64,000 nucleotides of DNA, from positions 864,001 to 928,000 of the forward strand of contig CAWJGT010000003.1 of assembly GCA_963842525.1 (NCBI GenBank), written 5' to 3'. Of this stretch, positions 60,802 to 64,000 are shown one piece after another. Below the pieces are notes generated by a model. It was given only the letters and a program-made list of their open reading frames with translations. It searched no databases and was not told the origin of the DNA. A program made the translations under genes and the position numbers. Source of the DNA: an uncultured Holophagales bacterium (lineage in GTDB: Bacteria; Acidobacteriota; Thermoanaerobaculia; Multivoradales; UBA5704). How positions within the stretch are numbered: the stretch's first letter is position 1; every line of letters starts with the position of its first letter.

Positions 60802-63711
60802 ATGCCCGAGCCAGGCAAGCCCGACTTCTTCGTCAGCTACAACAAGGCCGACCGCGCCTGGGCGGAGTGGATCGCCTGGGACTTGGAGGAGACCGGCTAT
60901 TCGGCGGTCCTCCAGGCCTGGGATATCCAGCCGGGGCAGAACTTCGTCCTCCAGATGCAGCGCGCGACGACGGAGGCGGAGCGCACCCTGGCGGTCCTGT
61001 CGCCCGACTACCTGACCTCACTGTTCACCCAGCCCGAATGGGCCGCCGCCTTCGCTATAGACCCGACAGGTCAGGACGGCAAGCTGGTGCCGGTCCGGGT
61101 CCGGGAGTGCGCCCCTCGGGGCCTGCTGTCGCAGATTGTCTACATCGATCTGGTCGGCCTCGCCGAGGAGACAGCCAGGGAGACCCTCCGGGCCGGAGTG
61201 CAGAAGGGGAGGGCCAAGCCGCCGGTGCGTCCGTCGTTCCCGGAACGGGCTCGGGAAGCCCAAGCGCGCCCCAGCTTCCCCGACGAACCGTCGCCGGACA
61301 AGCCGCCCCTTTCTTATTTCTATAGGTCCATGGCCCCGCCCCGGGAGACCTTCGTCCACCGCAGTGAATACGACCGGGTCGTCGAGGCGCTCCTCGCTGG
61401 CCCCAAGGGCGAGCGGGCCGGAACGGTCGGCATCACTACGGCCCTGCGCGGCGCGGGCGGCTTCGGCAAGACGGCCCTGGCCATGGAGGTCTGCTGGGAC
61501 GAGCGGATCCAGCTCGCCTATCCCAACGGCATTCTATGGGCGACGATGGGCGAGACCATCGAAGCCTCCGGGCGGCTCATCCAGATCCGGGAGATTCTCC
61601 GCTGGTGGACCGGCAAGGAGCCACCCTCCTTTGAGACTGCGACCGCCGCCGGCGCCCGTCTCCGCGAGGTGCTGGCCGGCAAGCGGGTACTTCTGGTCGT
61701 CGACGACGTCTGGAAGCCCCAGGACGTCGAGCCCTTCCGCGGACTCGGCCCCGGCTCCGCCCTGCTCGTGACCATTCGCGACAGCCGCACCCTGCCGCCG
61801 GAGCGGACCGCCATTATTGAAGTGGACGCCATGGCCTCCCCCGAGGCCGTGGCCCTCCTCGGCGCGCGCCTGCCAGAGGACGACACGGCCCGGCTCGGTG
61901 CCTTGGCGGCCCGCCTCGGCAAGTGGCCCCTGCTCCTCAAGCTCGTCAACCGGCAGCTCCGGGAGTTGGTGGAGGAGGATGAGCTGCCGCTGCAACAGGC
62001 TCTCCGAGAGGTCGAAGAGGCCCTGGAGGCGGAGGGGGTGACGACATTCGATCAGGAAGATGCCGAGAGCTGCCGGTTGGCTGTGGCGCGGACCTTGGAG
62101 GTCAGCCTGAAGCGCTTGGCCGAGGCGGACCGCGAGCGTTACGGTACGCTCGCCATCTTCCCGAAGGACGAGAACATCCCGCAACCGATCCTCCAGCGGC
62201 TCTGGGGCTTGCCGCCGCGCGAGGTCCACAAGCTCTGCGGCCGGCTCCACCACCTCTCGCTCCTCCTGCGCTTCGATCATACGGCCAACACGGTCCGCCT
62301 CCACGACGTGTTCCGAGCCTGCCTGCTTAAGAGGCACGAGACCGAGATCCCGGCCTTCCATTGCCGCCTGCTCGACGGCAGCCGCCCCGCCTCAGGCCGG
62401 TGGGCGGACCTGCCGAAGACCGAGAGCTATCTGTGGTGGTCCCTGGCCTACCACCTGATCGGGAGCGGACAATCCGGAGTCTGCCGGGACCTCCTGCTGG
62501 ACTTTGATTTCCTCCAGGCGAAGCTCGCGGCGAGCACAATGGTCAAGTTGCTCGGCGACTACTCCTGGTTTCTGGAGCAAAGGGACGAAGAGCTACGGCT
62601 GGTTGAAGGCGCCTTGCGGCTCTCGGCCCAAGTGCTCGCGAAGGATCGGGATCAGCTCGCGCCTCAGCTCCTCGGCCGGCTGCTGGACCGGGAAGAGCCT
62701 GGGATCCAACGCTTGCTCCAGAGGGCTCGGGAAAGACATCCTGGAGCCTGGCTCCGGCCGACACGGGCGACCTTCGTACGTCCAGGGGGCGCCCCCTTGA
62801 TCCGTACCCTGGAAGAGCGCGCCAATGGAGTCACAGCGGTAGCCGTGGTAGACGGCCGCCGCGCGGTGTCCGGCTCAAATGACGGGACGCTGCGGGTCTG
62901 GGACCTGGAAAGTGGCGAGACCTTGCGCACCTTGGAAGGGCACGCCGCTGGGGTCACAGTGGTAGCCGTGGTAGACGGCCGCCGCGCGGTGTCCGGCTCA
63001 AATGACGGGACGTTGCGGGTCTGGGACCTGAAAAGCGGCGAGACCCTGCGCACCCTGCAAGGGCACGCCAATGAGGTCACAGCGGTAGCCGTGGTAGACA
63101 GCCGTCGCGCGGTGTCCGGCTCAAACGATGGGACGCTGCGGGTCTGGGACCTAGAAAGCGGCGAGACTCTGCGCACCCTGCAAGGGCACACCCATTGGGT
63201 TACGGCGGTGGTGATGGTAGACGGTCGACACGCGGTGTCCGGCTCGATCGATAGGACGCTTCGGTTGTGGAATCTCGACAGCGGTGAGACCCTCCGCATC
63301 CTGGAAGGGCACAGCGCTGGGGTCAAGGCGTTGGCCGTGGTGGACGGCCGTCGAGCGGTGTCCGCCTCGAACGACCGAACGCTGCGGTTGTGGGACCTCG
63401 CCAGCGGCGAGACCCTGCTTACCCTGGAAGGGCACACCTATTGGGTCACAGCAGTGGTGGTGGACGGCCGTCGCGCGGTGTCCGGCTCGGCCGACGGAAC
63501 GCTGCGGTTGTGGGACTTGGACAGCGGCAACGGGACGCTGCGGTTGTGGGGAAAAACCAAAAAAAATCTCGCTGTGTTGATCCTGGATACGCCTCCAACC
63601 GCTCTTGCCTTCTCCCCAGCGAGCAGTACGCTGGTTGTGGGAGATCAGGCGGGCCGGGTACACTTCTTTGCCATCGAATCCGAGTCCGAGGAACCGCCAC
63701 GCCTTTCCTGA
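60802..63711 (+). CDS. TIR - NB-ARC - APAF-1-like helical - WD40 STAND protein (NLR-like)
   Basis: DFFVSYN...EW TIR; GAGGFGKT (Walker A), LLVVDDVW (Walker B), LHD; six 41-aa WD40 units. Confidence 0.92.
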   Translation: MPEPGKPDFFVSYNKADRAWAEWIAWDLEETGYSAVLQAWDIQPGQNFVLQMQRATTEAERTLAVLSPDYLTSLFTQPEWAAAFAIDPTGQDGKLVPVRVRECAPRGLLSQIVYIDLVGLAEETARETLRAGVQKGRAKPPVRPSFPERAREAQARPSFPDEPSPDKPPLSYFYRSMAPPRETFVHRSEYDRVVEALLAGPKGERAGTVGITTALRGAGGFGKTALAMEVCWDERIQLAYPNGILWATMGETIEASGRLIQIREILRWWTGKEPPSFETATAAGARLREVLAGKRVLLVVDDVWKPQDVEPFRGLGPGSALLVTIRDSRTLPPERTAIIEVDAMASPEAVALLGARLPEDDTARLGALAARLGKWPLLLKLVNRQLRELVEEDELPLQQALREVEEALEAEGVTTFDQEDAESCRLAVARTLEVSLKRLAEADRERYGTLAIFPKDENIPQPILQRLWGLPPREVHKLCGRLHHLSLLLRFDHTANTVRLHDVFRACLLKRHETEIPAFHCRLLDGSRPASGRWADLPKTESYLWWSLAYHLIGSGQSGVCRDLLLDFDFLQAKLAASTMVKLLGDYSWFLEQRDEELRLVEGALRLSAQVLAKDRDQLAPQLLGRLLDREEPGIQRLLQRARERHPGAWLRPTRATFVRPGGAPLIRTLEERANGVTAVAVVDGRRAVSGSNDGTLRVWDLESGETLRTLEGHAAGVTVVAVVDGRRAVSGSNDGTLRVWDLKSGETLRTLQGHANEVTAVAVVDSRRAVSGSNDGTLRVWDLESGETLRTLQGHTHWVTAVVMVDGRHAVSGSIDRTLRLWNLDSGETLRILEGHSAGVKALAVVDGRRAVSASNDRTLRLWDLASGETLLTLEGHTYWVTAVVVDGRRAVSGSADGTLRLWDLDSGNGTLRLWGKTKKNLAVLILDTPPTALAFSPASSTLVVGDQAGRVHFFAIESESEEPPRLS
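62830..63560 (+). repeat. 123-bp tandem WD40-encoding repeats
   Basis: Unit starts at 62830, 62953, 63076, 63199, 63322 and 63445. Confidence 0.9.
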
Positions 63712-63761
63712 GACCCGGAGCGACTGCGCCCTGCTGAGAGGCTCCGCTTACACTACCCTGC

Positions 63762-64000
63762 ATGGCCAAGATTTTCCTGGACATCCCGGAAGACTCGTTT
63801 CTGGCCCTCAAGGTCTCAGCTGACGAGATGGGCGAGATGCTTAGAATGGCAGCGGCGGTCAAGCTCTATGAGTTGGAGAAGCTTTCGTCAGGAGCCGCCG
63901 CGCGACTTGCCGGCATCCCGAAGCCGCTCTTCCTGGTCCGTCTCGGTGACTACGGCGTCCCGACGTTCTGCCAGACCGAAGAGGAATTGCGGAGGGACCT
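63762..64000 (+). CDS. UPF0175 family protein (putative antitoxin), partial
   Basis: Manual translation MAKIFLDIPED...LRMAAAVKLYELEKLSSGAAARLAGIPK..FL.RL..YGVP; absent from the ORF track because it runs off the edge. Confidence 0.8.
   Translation, partial: MAKIFLDIPEDSFLALKVSADEMGEMLRMAAAVKLYELEKLSSGAAARLAGIPKPLFLVRLGDYGVPTFCQTEEELRRD

Overview
GC-rich bacterial window. The gene content (TonB receptor, TPR kinases, CHAT proteins, REP-like palindromes) suggests Acidobacteriota/Thermoanaerobaculia; this is inference. Many genes carry single-base frameshifts, several in homopolymers and one in nuoE, so the sequence is probably an unpolished long-read assembly. Left to right: (1) a low-GC TIR-like gene with one in-frame TGA; (2) an N-heterocycle/ureide catabolic cluster (deleted Mo-hydroxylase M/S subunits fused to an amidase, FdrA, DUF1116, cyclase, cNMP-patatin, Mo-hydroxylase L subunit, NCS1 permease); (3) a secreted di-heme protein bracketed by a 126-bp duplication of the L-subunit 3' end; (4) a compact RiPP locus with a promoter, a Cys-rich LxLxKx5L/double-Gly precursor and two intact LanC-like cyclases but no dehydratase, next to an ATP-grasp remnant (best candidate for an undescribed system); (5) a CHAT protease / His-rich unknown / subtilisin operon; (6) a coupled unknown-enzyme + TIR pair flanked by recombination scars; (7) M28 peptidase, TonB receptor, Ser/Thr kinase, GT-C membrane proteins and a cyanophycinase-like peptidase; (8) a nuoAEFGHJKLMN-rex operon lacking nuoB/C/D/I with a Rex operator; (9) a TIR-NB-ARC-WD40 NLR-like gene and a partial UPF0175 gene. 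No rRNA, tRNA, CRISPR array, integrase or transposase was recognised.
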